This document shows, piece by piece, positions 20,677 to 29,877 of a stretch of DNA of 64,000 nt (positions within the stretch are counted from its first letter, which is position 1; every line of letters starts with the position of its first letter). The DNA is from Deltaproteobacteria bacterium. GTDB taxonomy: Bacteria > Desulfobacterota > Dissulfuribacteria > Dissulfuribacterales > QOAL01. The notes beneath the pieces were generated by a model. It did no database searches. It saw nothing but the letters and a program-made list of their open reading frames with translations, and was not told where the DNA came from. Location: the NCBI GenBank assembly GCA_024275145.1, contig JAJRZR010000079.1, forward strand, positions 384 to 64,383. Direction: 5' to 3'. The position numbers and the translations under genes were made by a program.

Positions 20677-20946
20677 TTAGGGTTTCAAGATTACCAGGGT
20701 TGCCCCCCAGCTACCAGCATCTTCTCCAGCCAGTCTGTAGGATTCTATCCAATCCAGGCTGTCCAGAACCGAATGTACTATCCTGCGTAAAGTCCCTGAA
20801 CCCTTACCATGTATGATCCTGACATCCAATATGCGTCTTTTCCTGCATTCATGCAGATATTCAACAACGAGGTCCTTGGCATCCCTTGGATCAAACGCAT
20901 GTAGATCCAGTATGCCGTCTATTGTCAGGTTTACCGTCTCTTCCAT
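20677..20946 (-). CDS. Stand-alone Smr (MutS2-type small nuclease) domain protein
   Basis: 'LDLHAFDPRDAKDLVVEYL...VRIIHGKGSGTLRRIV'. Confidence 0.8.
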   Translation of the reverse strand: MEETVNLTIDGILDLHAFDPRDAKDLVVEYLHECRKRRILDVRIIHGKGSGTLRRIVHSVLDSLDWIESYRLAGEDAGSWGATLVILKP

Positions 20947-21068
20947 GGTTCTTGTTTTTTAACAGTTAGCAGCCCTGCATTAAAGCCAATTACCGCGTAA
21001 GGGGACACACCTAAGTTTCAGATAGGTCTGGAACACAAAGAATTTGAAAGACAAAAAGGGATAATTTA

Positions 21069-21147
21069 GCGTAAAAATACATCCTGTCCTTGGGCCGTGT
21101 TTTCATGTCCTGGGCTGCCACACAAGGTTACGGGCCGCACAAGGGCC
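21069..21147 (+). repeat. 80-nt direct repeat, copy 1
   Basis: GCGTAAAAATACATCCTGTCCTTGGGCCGTGTTTTCATGTCCTGGGCTGCCACACAAGGTTACGGGCCGCACAAGGGCC. Confidence 0.9.
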
Positions 21148-21332
21148 TGGATACAGGTTCAGTTTTTGGGGGAATCCGACTACGACCCGGCCGACGCTGG
21201 CCTTATGATGCATTACAGCGCAGACCAGGTTACCAGATACCATGAGCCTGATTTGGATGATGCTGATTGAGCCTTCGAAAGAGATCACTGTCGGCTGGAA
21301 GTGAATCGCTTAAGATCTTTTCAAAATAGTTG

Positions 21333-21413
21333 GCGTAAAAAATACATCCTGTCCTTGGGCCGTGTTTTCATGTCCTGGGCTGCCACACAAGGTTACGGGC
21401 CGCAACAAGGGCC
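21333..21413 (+). repeat. 80-nt direct repeat, copy 2
   Basis: Identical to copy 1 except for two single-base insertions (an extra A in the A-run; GCAACAAGG instead of GCACAAGG). It starts 264 nt after copy 1. Confidence 0.9.
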
Positions 21414-21462
21414 CAGAAGGGCTAGGGACGGTAAAGGCCTTAACCAAGCGGTGGACAATGAC

Positions 21463-21981
21463 TCAGCAACATCCTCCCCCACAGCTTCCGCATGAGCTTG
21501 GATCGGTAGAACAGTCGCATCCCGATCCAGCAAGCGTGGCCAGATCCTCAGGCCTTGGCTCTCTTACCTCTGAAACCGTAATGTCAAAGTGGAGCCTTTC
21601 CCCTGCCAGGGGATGGTTGAAGTCTGCAACCACCGTATCATCATTGACCTGGCTGATTGTGAAACGCATTGGCCCTTGGGGTGATTCTGCCTCAAACGCC
21701 ATGCCAGGCTTAAGGTCGATGTCTCCAGGGAACTGGTTCCTGGGTATTTCCCTCAGCAGGTCTGGGCGTTGTTCCCCATAACCATCGGCTGCCTCCACCG
21801 TGATGGTTGCAGTCTCACCCTGTTCCAATCCCTTAAGACCTTTTTCCAGCCCAGGAATTACCTGGCCAGAGCCAACTACAAAGGAAAAGGGCTTACCAGG
21901 CTCTGACTTATCCACAGTTTCTCCGGAATCAAGCTTGAGGATATAATCAATTGCCACGAATGTCTTGTCTTTGATCTTCAT
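21463..21981 (-). CDS. slyD: FKBP-type peptidyl-prolyl isomerase SlyD with Cys-rich C-terminal tail
   Basis: Track ORF to 22035; ATG 21981 (MKIKDKTF) follows AAGGAG. 'FVVGSGQVIPGLEKGLKGL', 'NHPLAGERLHFDITVSEV', tail 'GSGCDCSTDPSSCGSCGGGCC'. Confidence 0.88.
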   Translation of the reverse strand: MKIKDKTFVAIDYILKLDSGETVDKSEPGKPFSFVVGSGQVIPGLEKGLKGLEQGETATITVEAADGYGEQRPDLLREIPRNQFPGDIDLKPGMAFEAESPQGPMRFTISQVNDDTVVADFNHPLAGERLHFDITVSEVREPRPEDLATLAGSGCDCSTDPSSCGSCGGGCC

Positions 21982-22273
21982 TAAACTGGTTCTCCTTTGG
22001 AAATTGTCCCAAAAAGGACATGCAAGCCCTTTCATATGGAACAGGTGTTAGTTAGTAATAAAGGTTCTTCAGATTAAGTAACATGGCATGAAAGGTCAAT
22101 AAATATTTTCAGAAATCTGTCTCCTGGGGCGTTCCCTGTTGGTCTTCATGTCCTTTACGAATCTTATCTCTCCTCAGGCCCTTAAATGGTTTGAGCGCGG
22201 TACAAGTACGGTCCTACTGGTAATCGCCTTGCAGACCATAATCCCGTCCCATGAGTAGCTTGAACTTGAGCAC

Positions 22274-22303
22274 ATTGTAGATTAAAAAGGATCTGCGTTT
22301 CAA
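22274..22303 (-). promoter_or_regulatory. Sigma-70-type promoter candidate pointing towards slyD
   Basis: Minus strand reads TTGAAA (22303..22298), an 18-nt spacer, then TACAAT (22279..22274). This would give a leader of about 285 nt before slyD, or a separate small RNA. Confidence 0.3.
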
Positions 22304-22754
22304 CCTGTTCTTGATTATACACTTCATCCTACCCGGTTCCTTAAGATCTACTTGCAACGGGGCACCTCACTGGAACTGGGTGGATTAACCGTAATAAGGC
22401 AGACCGGCCCTTTCGACCCCATCCTTGCCGGCAATCCGCGTCAGGGGCGACAGACCGAGGTGATTTCAGGTATGTTGCCTGGCCTGCAGTACGACATCCT
22501 GACGGATGTCTCGAAGATTAGAAGATGGGATGAAGGCCGGACTTATCAGGAGACACGCCGGGCCGTTGTTGATCAATGGTGCTCTTCACTATGGCTTATC
22601 AGCGGCCGCGGCGGTTTTCGTGTCGTGATACAGTAAAGATACCGTTTAAGATACAATCCTGAGTGTGGTTATGTTTCCCATATCTGGCAGACGCGCCGCC
22701 GGATGTACAGGCGCATGGGCCCGGTTTAGGATGTAAGGCTTACAGGAGTAAATC

Positions 22755-24014
22755 GTGACTATAAAGGCCGTTAGAGGATTCAAAGACATATTACCAGACG
22801 ATTCCCTGAGATGGGTCACGGCAGAGGACGTGGCCAGGGGAATATTCGAGACATGCGGTCTTAAGGAGATCAGGACACCGATACTTGAAAAGACCGAGGT
22901 ATTTGCCAGGGGCATAGGTGAACATACCGACATCGTAGAGAAGGAGATGTACACCTTTACTGACAGGAACGGCGAATCCGTTACCCTCAGGCCAGAGGCA
23001 ACGGCCGGGATCATCCGGGCGGTCATAGAACATAAGCTCTATGGCAAGGCGTCCATGTTGAAACTTTTCACCATGGGGCCGATGTTTCGCCATGAACGGC
23101 CCCAGAAGGGTAGGTTGAGGCAGTTCCATCAGATCAACTGTGAATATCTGGGGTCCCAAGCCCCCCTTGCAGATGCAGAGGTGATCTGGATGGCATGGAA
23201 AGTCCTTACGTCGCTTGTCACTTCAAGCGAATTGCTACTACAAATCAACTCCCTTGGTTGCCCTAAGTGCCGTCCCTTGCACCGGGCCGATCTTCAGCTC
23301 TGCCTGAAGAACCTCGCGCCCAAATTGTGTCCGGATTGCCGCAGAAGGGCCAAATCCAACCCCCTTAGGGTCTTTGATTGTAAGAACGAGGAGTGCAAGA
23401 GGATCCTGGCATCGGCCCCCCTTGTCAAACACTATTTGTGCCCGGAATGTTCTATACATCTGGGCAAGGTCCTGGACATACTCGAGGCCTTTGGAGTCCC
23501 CTTTGTACAGAACCCATACCTGGTAAGGGGCCTTGATTATTATGTCAGGACCACGTTTGAGATTGTTTCTCCAGACCTGGGTGCACAAAGTACGGTAGCG
23601 GCGGGGGGGCGTTACGACGGGCTGGTAAAGGCCCTTGGAGGCCCGGATCTACCGGGTGTGGGGATGGCGATAGGTGTAGAGCGCCTCTTGTTGCTGATGG
23701 ATATACAGGAATGCCGGCTTGAGACCAACCTTTTTGTGGCCGCCCTGGGGAATGAAGCCAGGGAAGAGGTGCTGCCGCTGGTCAAAGAGCTCAGGGAAGA
23801 GGGTATAGTAGTGGAGATGACCTATGAGGAAAAGGGGCTCAAGGCACAAATGAAACAGGCAAACCGATTAGGTGCCAGCCATGTATTGATAATAGGTGAC
23901 AAGGAGATCGAGGAAGAAAAGGCTGTGCTTAGGGATATGAAAACCAAGGAGCAGCAAGAAATATCCTTCAAGGAAATTATACCACTTTTAAAGGATCTCT
24001 TTGCAGGAGAATAG
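22755..24014 (+). CDS. hisS: Histidine--tRNA ligase
   Basis: GTG after AGGAG. 'AVRGFKDILPDDS', 'MGPMFRHERPQKGRLRQFHQ', 'GGRYDGLV'. Confidence 0.95.
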   Translation: MTIKAVRGFKDILPDDSLRWVTAEDVARGIFETCGLKEIRTPILEKTEVFARGIGEHTDIVEKEMYTFTDRNGESVTLRPEATAGIIRAVIEHKLYGKASMLKLFTMGPMFRHERPQKGRLRQFHQINCEYLGSQAPLADAEVIWMAWKVLTSLVTSSELLLQINSLGCPKCRPLHRADLQLCLKNLAPKLCPDCRRRAKSNPLRVFDCKNEECKRILASAPLVKHYLCPECSIHLGKVLDILEAFGVPFVQNPYLVRGLDYYVRTTFEIVSPDLGAQSTVAAGGRYDGLVKALGGPDLPGVGMAIGVERLLLLMDIQECRLETNLFVAALGNEAREEVLPLVKELREEGIVVEMTYEEKGLKAQMKQANRLGASHVLIIGDKEIEEEKAVLRDMKTKEQQEISFKEIIPLLKDLFAGE

Positions 24015-24024
24015 GAGCATATCG

Positions 24025-25815
24025 ATGGAATCAATGGGAGGGCTAAAGCGCACCCATGACTGCTACAGTATAACCGAGGAGGCCATTGACCAGGAAGTCA
24101 CCCTGATGGGCTGGGTGCTCAGAAGACGGGATCACGGCGGGCTTATTTTCGTGGATCTTAGGGATCGCAAAGGTATTACCCAGGTCGTATTTGCTCCAGA
24201 GGTGAACGCCAAATCACATGAAAAGGCCCACAGGCTCAGGAGTGAGTATGTCATCGCGGTCAGGGGCAGGGTTCGCAGGAGACCCGAAGGCATGGAAAAT
24301 CCCAAGCTGAAAACCGGGATGATAGAGGTGGTTTGCCATGAACTCAGGATCCTCAATACCGCCGTAACACCACCGTTTCCCCTGGATGAGGACGCGGATG
24401 TATCTGAAGGCCTGCGGTTGAAATATCGCTATATCGATCTCAGGCGGCCTGTAATGGTGGAAAATATCACCCTGCGCCACCGGGTCTGCCAGGCCATAAG
24501 GCAGTTCCTCAATCGTCATGATTTCCTGGAGATAGAGACACCCATACTCACCAGGAGCACCCCTGAGGGTGCCAGGGACTATCTGGTTCCCAGCCGTGTG
24601 AACCCAGGCAGGTTCTATGCGTTGCCCCAGTCACCGCAGCTCTACAAACAGATCTTGATGGTATCTGGCCTGGAACGTTACTACCAGATCGCAAGATGCT
24701 TCAGGGACGAAGACCTCAGAGCAGACAGACAACCCGAGTTTACACAACTCGACATGGAAATGTCCTTTGTTGAGGAATCCGATATAATCGCACTGGTAGA
24801 GGGCCTGATAAAGGAGGTGTTTGCCTCTGCCCTGGGAATTACTCTGGAGCCTCCATTCAGACGTTTTACCTTCAGCGAGGCCATGGAAAGGTTTGGCACG
24901 GACAGGCCTGACACCCGTTTTGACATGGAGCTTGTCGATGTAACGGATATCGCCAGGAGGTGCGGCCTGAAGGTTTTCAATACGGTAGCGGCTTCAGGTG
25001 GTGTGGTAAAGGCAGTAAATGCCAAAGAGATGGGTGACCTGTCCCGAAAGGACCTGGATGATCTGACTGTATTTGCCCAATCCTTTGGCGCCAAGGGCCT
25101 GGCATGGGTGAAGATCAAGGCAGACAATGCCTGGCAATCACCCATAGCAAAGTTTTTTTCTGATGAGGAACAACATGCCATTGCCCAAAGGCTGGAGGCG
25201 GCTGCCGGTGACGTGCTCTTTTTCGGGGCAGACCAAAGGGCCACGGTCTTGAGGGTGCTTGGGGAACTAAGGTGTGAGTTGGCCAGGAGAAGAGGCCTGA
25301 TACCGGAAGGACGGTTCAACTTTGTATGGATAACCGATTTCCCTCTGATGGAATATAATGAAGATGAAGGCCGTTTTACCTCCATGCATCATCCCTTTAC
25401 CGCTCCCCTGGATGAAGATATGGATCTTATCGAAACCGATCCCGGTGCCGTAAGGTCAAGGGCCTATGATCTTGTGCTAAATGGAATCGAGATAGGCGGA
25501 GGTAGTATCCGTATTCATCAACCCACGGTCCAAAAGCGGGTATTCAAGGCACTTTCTATCTCCGACAAGGAGTCTCGGGACAAGTTCGGATTCCTTTTGG
25601 AGGCCTTGTCCCATGGTGCCCCCCCTCACGGTGGCATAGCCTTCGGTCTGGACCGGCTGGTCATGATCATGGCCGGCCGTGAATCCATCAGGGATGTGAT
25701 AGCGTTTCCCAAGACACAAAAGGCCCAATGCCTCATGGCGAACGCCCCTTCCAGGGTGAGTATGGCCCAGTTGGCTGAATTATATCTCAGGCCGGACTGG
25801 AAGGAAAAGGCTTGA
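24025..25815 (+). CDS. aspS: Aspartate--tRNA ligase
   Basis: Track ORF from TTG 24001; ATG at 24025. 'FRDEDLRADRQPEFTQLDMEMSF', 'GGGSIRIH', 'GIAFGLDRLVMIM'. Confidence 0.95.
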   Translation: MESMGGLKRTHDCYSITEEAIDQEVTLMGWVLRRRDHGGLIFVDLRDRKGITQVVFAPEVNAKSHEKAHRLRSEYVIAVRGRVRRRPEGMENPKLKTGMIEVVCHELRILNTAVTPPFPLDEDADVSEGLRLKYRYIDLRRPVMVENITLRHRVCQAIRQFLNRHDFLEIETPILTRSTPEGARDYLVPSRVNPGRFYALPQSPQLYKQILMVSGLERYYQIARCFRDEDLRADRQPEFTQLDMEMSFVEESDIIALVEGLIKEVFASALGITLEPPFRRFTFSEAMERFGTDRPDTRFDMELVDVTDIARRCGLKVFNTVAASGGVVKAVNAKEMGDLSRKDLDDLTVFAQSFGAKGLAWVKIKADNAWQSPIAKFFSDEEQHAIAQRLEAAAGDVLFFGADQRATVLRVLGELRCELARRRGLIPEGRFNFVWITDFPLMEYNEDEGRFTSMHHPFTAPLDEDMDLIETDPGAVRSRAYDLVLNGIEIGGGSIRIHQPTVQKRVFKALSISDKESRDKFGFLLEALSHGAPPHGGIAFGLDRLVMIMAGRESIRDVIAFPKTQKAQCLMANAPSRVSMAQLAELYLRPDWKEKA

Positions 25816-25881
25816 TAAGGTCTTCCACCTGGCCCTTATGCGACATCAATTTATAGCGAAAAAAAATGGGGATATAGAGAT

Positions 25882-27726
25882 ATGGCAAAATGGAATCCAG
25901 AAAAGGGATTGTTGGACCACAGTCACACCGAGCATTGGAAATACAGGCTGCAGGACGTGGCAGAGCCCAACCTGATGCGGGAGATATTTCCCTATGACGA
26001 GGTCTGCAAGATAGATTTCGACCATAAGTACCTCGCACCATCTCCATGCAAAGACATGCTCATCACCGATACCACATTCAGGGACGGCCAGCAGGCCAGG
26101 CCTCCATACACGGTGGAACAGATCAGCAGGATCTTTGACTTCCTGCACGAAATGAGCGGTCCTAACGGGGTCATACGCCAAAGTGAATTCTTTCTGTATA
26201 CCAGCAAGGACAAGCAGGCAGTGGAGACATGCCAGGCAAAGGGCTATGACTTTCCGCAGATAACAGGATGGATAAGGGCCAAGGCAGAGGACTTGAGACT
26301 GGTGAAGGATATGGGGCTTCGTGAAACCGGCATCCTTACCTCTGCGTCTTACTATCATATATTTCTGAAACTTCGCAAGACCAGGGCCCAGGCAATGGAA
26401 GACTATTTGGCCATAGTAAAGGCCGCAATCGAACTCGGCATCAAGCCAAGGTGCCACCTTGAAGACATAACCAGGGCCGATATCTACGGATTTTGTGTAC
26501 CATTTGCCATCGAGATCATGAAACTACGGGAGGAAAGTGGTATCGATATCAAGATCAGGCTGTGTGATACCATGGGATATGGTGTTACGTATCCAGGGGC
26601 TGCGCTTCCACGCAGTGTGCCAAAACTTGTTCGGGCCATGATGGACGAGGCTGGAGTCCCTGGCGAACTCCTGGAATGGCATGGGCACAACGATTTTCAC
26701 AAGGTAGTCATCAACGCCACCACTGCATGGCTCTATGGGTGTGGTGCCATAAATGGAACCCTCCTGGGTTTTGGGGAACGAACTGGTAACACCCCAATAG
26801 AGGCACTATTGATAGAAAGGATCGCCCTCAGAGGCCAGGACGATGGCATCAATACCAGGGCAATAACCGAGATGGCCCAATACTTTGAAAGGGAACTTGG
26901 GGTTCACATTCCCAAGAATTATCCCTTGGTCGGTGAAGATTTCAACGCCACCAGTGCCGGGGTACATGCCGATGGACTGCTCAAGAATGAAGAGATCTAC
27001 AATATATTCAATACCGACAAGATACTGGGCCGTCCTACCTCGGTGATTGTCTCTGACAAGTCAGGCACTGCAGGGATTGCCCATTGGATCAATGCCCATC
27101 TGAAGCTTGCTGGCAAAAAGGCCATTGATAAACGGCATCCAGGCGTGGTCAAAATCTACAAGCAAATCATGAAGGAATACGAGAAGGGCAGGGTGACCTC
27201 CATGTCCAACGATGAAATGGAGGCGCTTACCAGGAGATATATGCCAGAGCTTTTCACCTCCGATTTCGACCGGTTAAAGCATAAGGCCCATGAACTTGCC
27301 TTCCATCTGGTAGAAGACCTCATCGAACGGAAGGAGGTCCGGTCAATGAATTCCTCCATAATAGAGCCCATACTAAAAGAGATATTGGAGGAAAATCCCT
27401 TTATACAATTCTTGTATGTGGTAAACGTTGACGGTAAAAAGATAACAAAAAATATAACACACATAGAAGACAGGGCGAAATATGCTACCTTCAGCCTGGA
27501 TAGCGACTTCTCCAACAGGCCATGGTTTATTGAGCCGGTCAGAAATGGCCGGATCCACGTGACCGATTTTTACACATCACGTATTACAGGGGCGCTGTGC
27601 ATCACGGTCTCCGGTCCCATAAGGAATGAGCAGGATGAGATAATCGGGGTACTGGGGATTGATCTCAAGTTTGAAGACTTGGCCAAGATGGACAGGGATG
27701 GCGAAAACTTCGTCGCGGCCCAGTAG
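25882..27726 (+). CDS. HMGL-like (DRE-TIM) homocitrate / Re-citrate-synthase-like enzyme fused to a C-terminal Cache/PAS-like domain
   Basis: 'ITDTTFRDGQQARPP', 'EWHGHNDFH', and an N-terminal 'LMREIFPYDEVCKIDF' that I associate with Re-citrate synthases. The C-terminal ~125 aa, 'DFSNRPWFIEPVRNGRIHVTDFYTSRITGALCITVSGPIRNEQDEIIGVLGIDL', looks like a Cache/PDC fold. Confidence 0.75.
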   Translation: MAKWNPEKGLLDHSHTEHWKYRLQDVAEPNLMREIFPYDEVCKIDFDHKYLAPSPCKDMLITDTTFRDGQQARPPYTVEQISRIFDFLHEMSGPNGVIRQSEFFLYTSKDKQAVETCQAKGYDFPQITGWIRAKAEDLRLVKDMGLRETGILTSASYYHIFLKLRKTRAQAMEDYLAIVKAAIELGIKPRCHLEDITRADIYGFCVPFAIEIMKLREESGIDIKIRLCDTMGYGVTYPGAALPRSVPKLVRAMMDEAGVPGELLEWHGHNDFHKVVINATTAWLYGCGAINGTLLGFGERTGNTPIEALLIERIALRGQDDGINTRAITEMAQYFERELGVHIPKNYPLVGEDFNATSAGVHADGLLKNEEIYNIFNTDKILGRPTSVIVSDKSGTAGIAHWINAHLKLAGKKAIDKRHPGVVKIYKQIMKEYEKGRVTSMSNDEMEALTRRYMPELFTSDFDRLKHKAHELAFHLVEDLIERKEVRSMNSSIIEPILKEILEENPFIQFLYVVNVDGKKITKNITHIEDRAKYATFSLDSDFSNRPWFIEPVRNGRIHVTDFYTSRITGALCITVSGPIRNEQDEIIGVLGIDLKFEDLAKMDRDGENFVAAQ

Positions 27727-28098
27727 TCCATGGAATCTTCTTATGGCCCTCACCCTGTACCGTATCTAGAGCAAGGTGTATTTTTCACGCGTAGCTCTTT
27801 ATGCCTGCCAGGGGCTACCCTGCATATGGTCTGTGGCCTTTCTCCAGGCTTAAGGGGACTTATTTCCTGTTTATCCCTGTCTGGGTCTACTCGGCTCCTG
27901 GCCAAGGGCAAAATTTTCCATGATTTTCATGGTTCCAAAGGCATCCTATGGTGCAAATGTCAGGCCCTTGCAAGTTGAACCACACTGAACCCATTCAAAG
28001 GCCTGCCCCTTGGCCGCTGGGATAATGCCGCATGTATCCCGAAAGAACGCTGGGACAAATCCGCTTGATGTTCCAGTCCCCCTCCTGACAAGATCTTG

Positions 28099-29877
28099 AT
28101 GAAAAAACACAGCACAAGGTTTCCTGAACGATTGCGATACAGCAACGGCTCAAGTTACAGGGAAACGGGAGTGATCCGGAAAAAATGGCATGGCCGGATC
28201 CACGTCGCCGTGGTTTTCCCCGATCTATATGCCCTGGGGATGTCCAACCTTGGGCTCCAGACGGTCTATCGATTGTTGAACCTGGATGACAGACTGGTTG
28301 CTGAACGTATCTTCATGCCTGCCAAGGGCCATGATGGCCGTCAAGGTAACAGGTTCAGGCAAGCTAAAGCATCCAAATGGATCTCCGTGGAATCAGGTCG
28401 GAGGTTGAGGGATTTCGATGTCGTCCTGTTTTCAATAAGCTTTGAATCCAATTACCTTAACCTGGTCAAGGCCCTAAAGGATGAAGGACTGCCCCTGAGA
28501 AGCAGTGCTAGGGGCAAGGATGAGCCTTTGATCTTCGCAGGAGGTATCGCAACACAGATCAACCCTGAACCCGTAGCCCCGTTTGTGGATGCCTTTCTTT
28601 TGGGTGATTTTGAGGCCTTAGGGCCCTCTTTCCTGGATTTCCTCCTTCCATTCCTCGAAGGCACAAGAAGAGCCGGCAAAAACGACTTGCTCAGGGAATT
28701 GGCCCGATCTTGTCCAGGGGTATATGTGCCCCTGGCATATAGGCCCTTGTTCGACCGGTCCGGCAGGCTTGATGGCTGGGAGGTAACCAACGGTTTCCCA
28801 GAGAGGATACTGCCCGCCAGGGTCACCGACTCTGTGGATATTGCCCCGTTTTCCCAGGTTGTCTCACCTGATGCCGCCTTTTCCGACATGTTTCTGCTGG
28901 AACTTTCCAGAGGATGCGGGAAGGGTTGCAGGTTTTGTGCAGCAGGTTATGTGAATCGCCCACCAAGGCCATGGAGAATGGATGCCATAGAGGCTGCACT
29001 CAGGGAATTCAAGGGCACGGACAAGGTTGGCCTCGTGGGGCTTGAATTCCTTGAAAGGCCACTGGTAGAACAGTTGTGCAGGAGGCTGCTTAACGCCAGA
29101 CTGCGCCTGGCCTTCTCTTCACTGAGGGCTGATGCACTGTCCGATGATTTTATCCTGCTTTTGAAGAAATCGGGCCAAAAGACCGCAACCATAGCACCTG
29201 AAGCAGGCAGTGAAAGGCTGAGAGGCGTAATAAACAAAAATCTCAGTCGCGAGGCCATTCTCTCGGCTGCCGAAAGGCTTGCGGCTGGGGGCATTCCCAA
29301 TCTCAAACTCTATTTCATGATCGGCCTTCCCACTGAAAACATGGATGATATCAATGGAATCCTGGAATTGGTAAGACAGATAGATGCTATCGTCAGGCCG
29401 ATAGGAAAGAGCAGGGGGCACCTTGGGACGATAACCGTTTCCGTGAGTTCGTTCGTGCCAAAGGCCTGGACACCTTTCCAATGGGCAGCATTTGCCAGCA
29501 TACCGGCTTTGACCATTTCACAAAAGGTCATCAAAAAGGGGCTGATAAGGATACCAAACATACAACTCAGGCTGGATGCCCCCAAGAAGGCGCTGTTCCA
29601 GGCAATCCTGAGCCGTGGAGACAGGAGGCTTGCCCGATCACTCGAAATTATGGTTGAGGAGGGGGCGCCATTCCCAGTTGCCTTAAAGAAAAGCAGGTTG
29701 CGCTCCGATACTTATTTAGAAAGCAGGGATAAGGACACCATTTTCCCGTGGGATTTAATCCGTCACAAGGTGAAAAAGGGCTACCTTTGGCGGGAATGGC
29801 AGCGGACACTGGATGAGAAGGCAACGGCCTTCTGCCAACTGGGCAATTGCAGAAAATGCGGGGCTTGTATTAGTTGA
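28099..29877 (+). CDS. Radical SAM protein with N-terminal B12-binding-like domain (uncharacterised TIGR03960-like family, from memory)
   Basis: CX3CX2C in 'ELSRGCGKGCRFCAAGY'. N-terminal 'VAVVFPDLYALGMSNLGLQTVYRLLN'. Confidence 0.85.
   Translation: MKKHSTRFPERLRYSNGSSYRETGVIRKKWHGRIHVAVVFPDLYALGMSNLGLQTVYRLLNLDDRLVAERIFMPAKGHDGRQGNRFRQAKASKWISVESGRRLRDFDVVLFSISFESNYLNLVKALKDEGLPLRSSARGKDEPLIFAGGIATQINPEPVAPFVDAFLLGDFEALGPSFLDFLLPFLEGTRRAGKNDLLRELARSCPGVYVPLAYRPLFDRSGRLDGWEVTNGFPERILPARVTDSVDIAPFSQVVSPDAAFSDMFLLELSRGCGKGCRFCAAGYVNRPPRPWRMDAIEAALREFKGTDKVGLVGLEFLERPLVEQLCRRLLNARLRLAFSSLRADALSDDFILLLKKSGQKTATIAPEAGSERLRGVINKNLSREAILSAAERLAAGGIPNLKLYFMIGLPTENMDDINGILELVRQIDAIVRPIGKSRGHLGTITVSVSSFVPKAWTPFQWAAFASIPALTISQKVIKKGLIRIPNIQLRLDAPKKALFQAILSRGDRRLARSLEIMVEEGAPFPVALKKSRLRSDTYLESRDKDTIFPWDLIRHKVKKGYLWREWQRTLDEKATAFCQLGNCRKCGACIS

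Noticed and set aside
21103-21288. 61-aa minus-strand ORF between the two 80-nt repeats (possible toxin/antitoxin-size gene)
   Set aside because: It has a GTG start without an SD, its 3' end is simply read out of repeat copy 1, and there is no recognisable fold signature.
22352-22636. 94-aa + strand ORF in the slyD-hisS gap
   Set aside because: It has a TTG start without an SD and no recognisable motif, and it is the only ORF in a long spacer. I kept it only as part of the 'unexplained gap' finding. An internal ATG with a GAGGTG SD (54 aa) cannot be excluded.
21982-22754. tmRNA, RNase P RNA, SRP RNA, cobalamin riboswitch or tRNA in the long spacers (also checked in 14979-15525, 20947-21462, 27727-28098 and 60477-60954)
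   Set aside because: I could not find hallmark strings on either strand: GGAAAGTCCGGGC for RNase P, a GGTTCGAATCC-type T-arm with a CCA end for tRNA/tmRNA, the SRP GGAAGCAGCC helix, or the B12 box. A covariance-model scan would be decisive.
27730-27978. 82-aa + strand ORF in the 372-bp spacer upstream of the radical-SAM gene
   Set aside because: The ATG directly abuts the preceding stop and has no SD. The translation is Cys/Ser/Leu-rich and not protein-like, with no motif.
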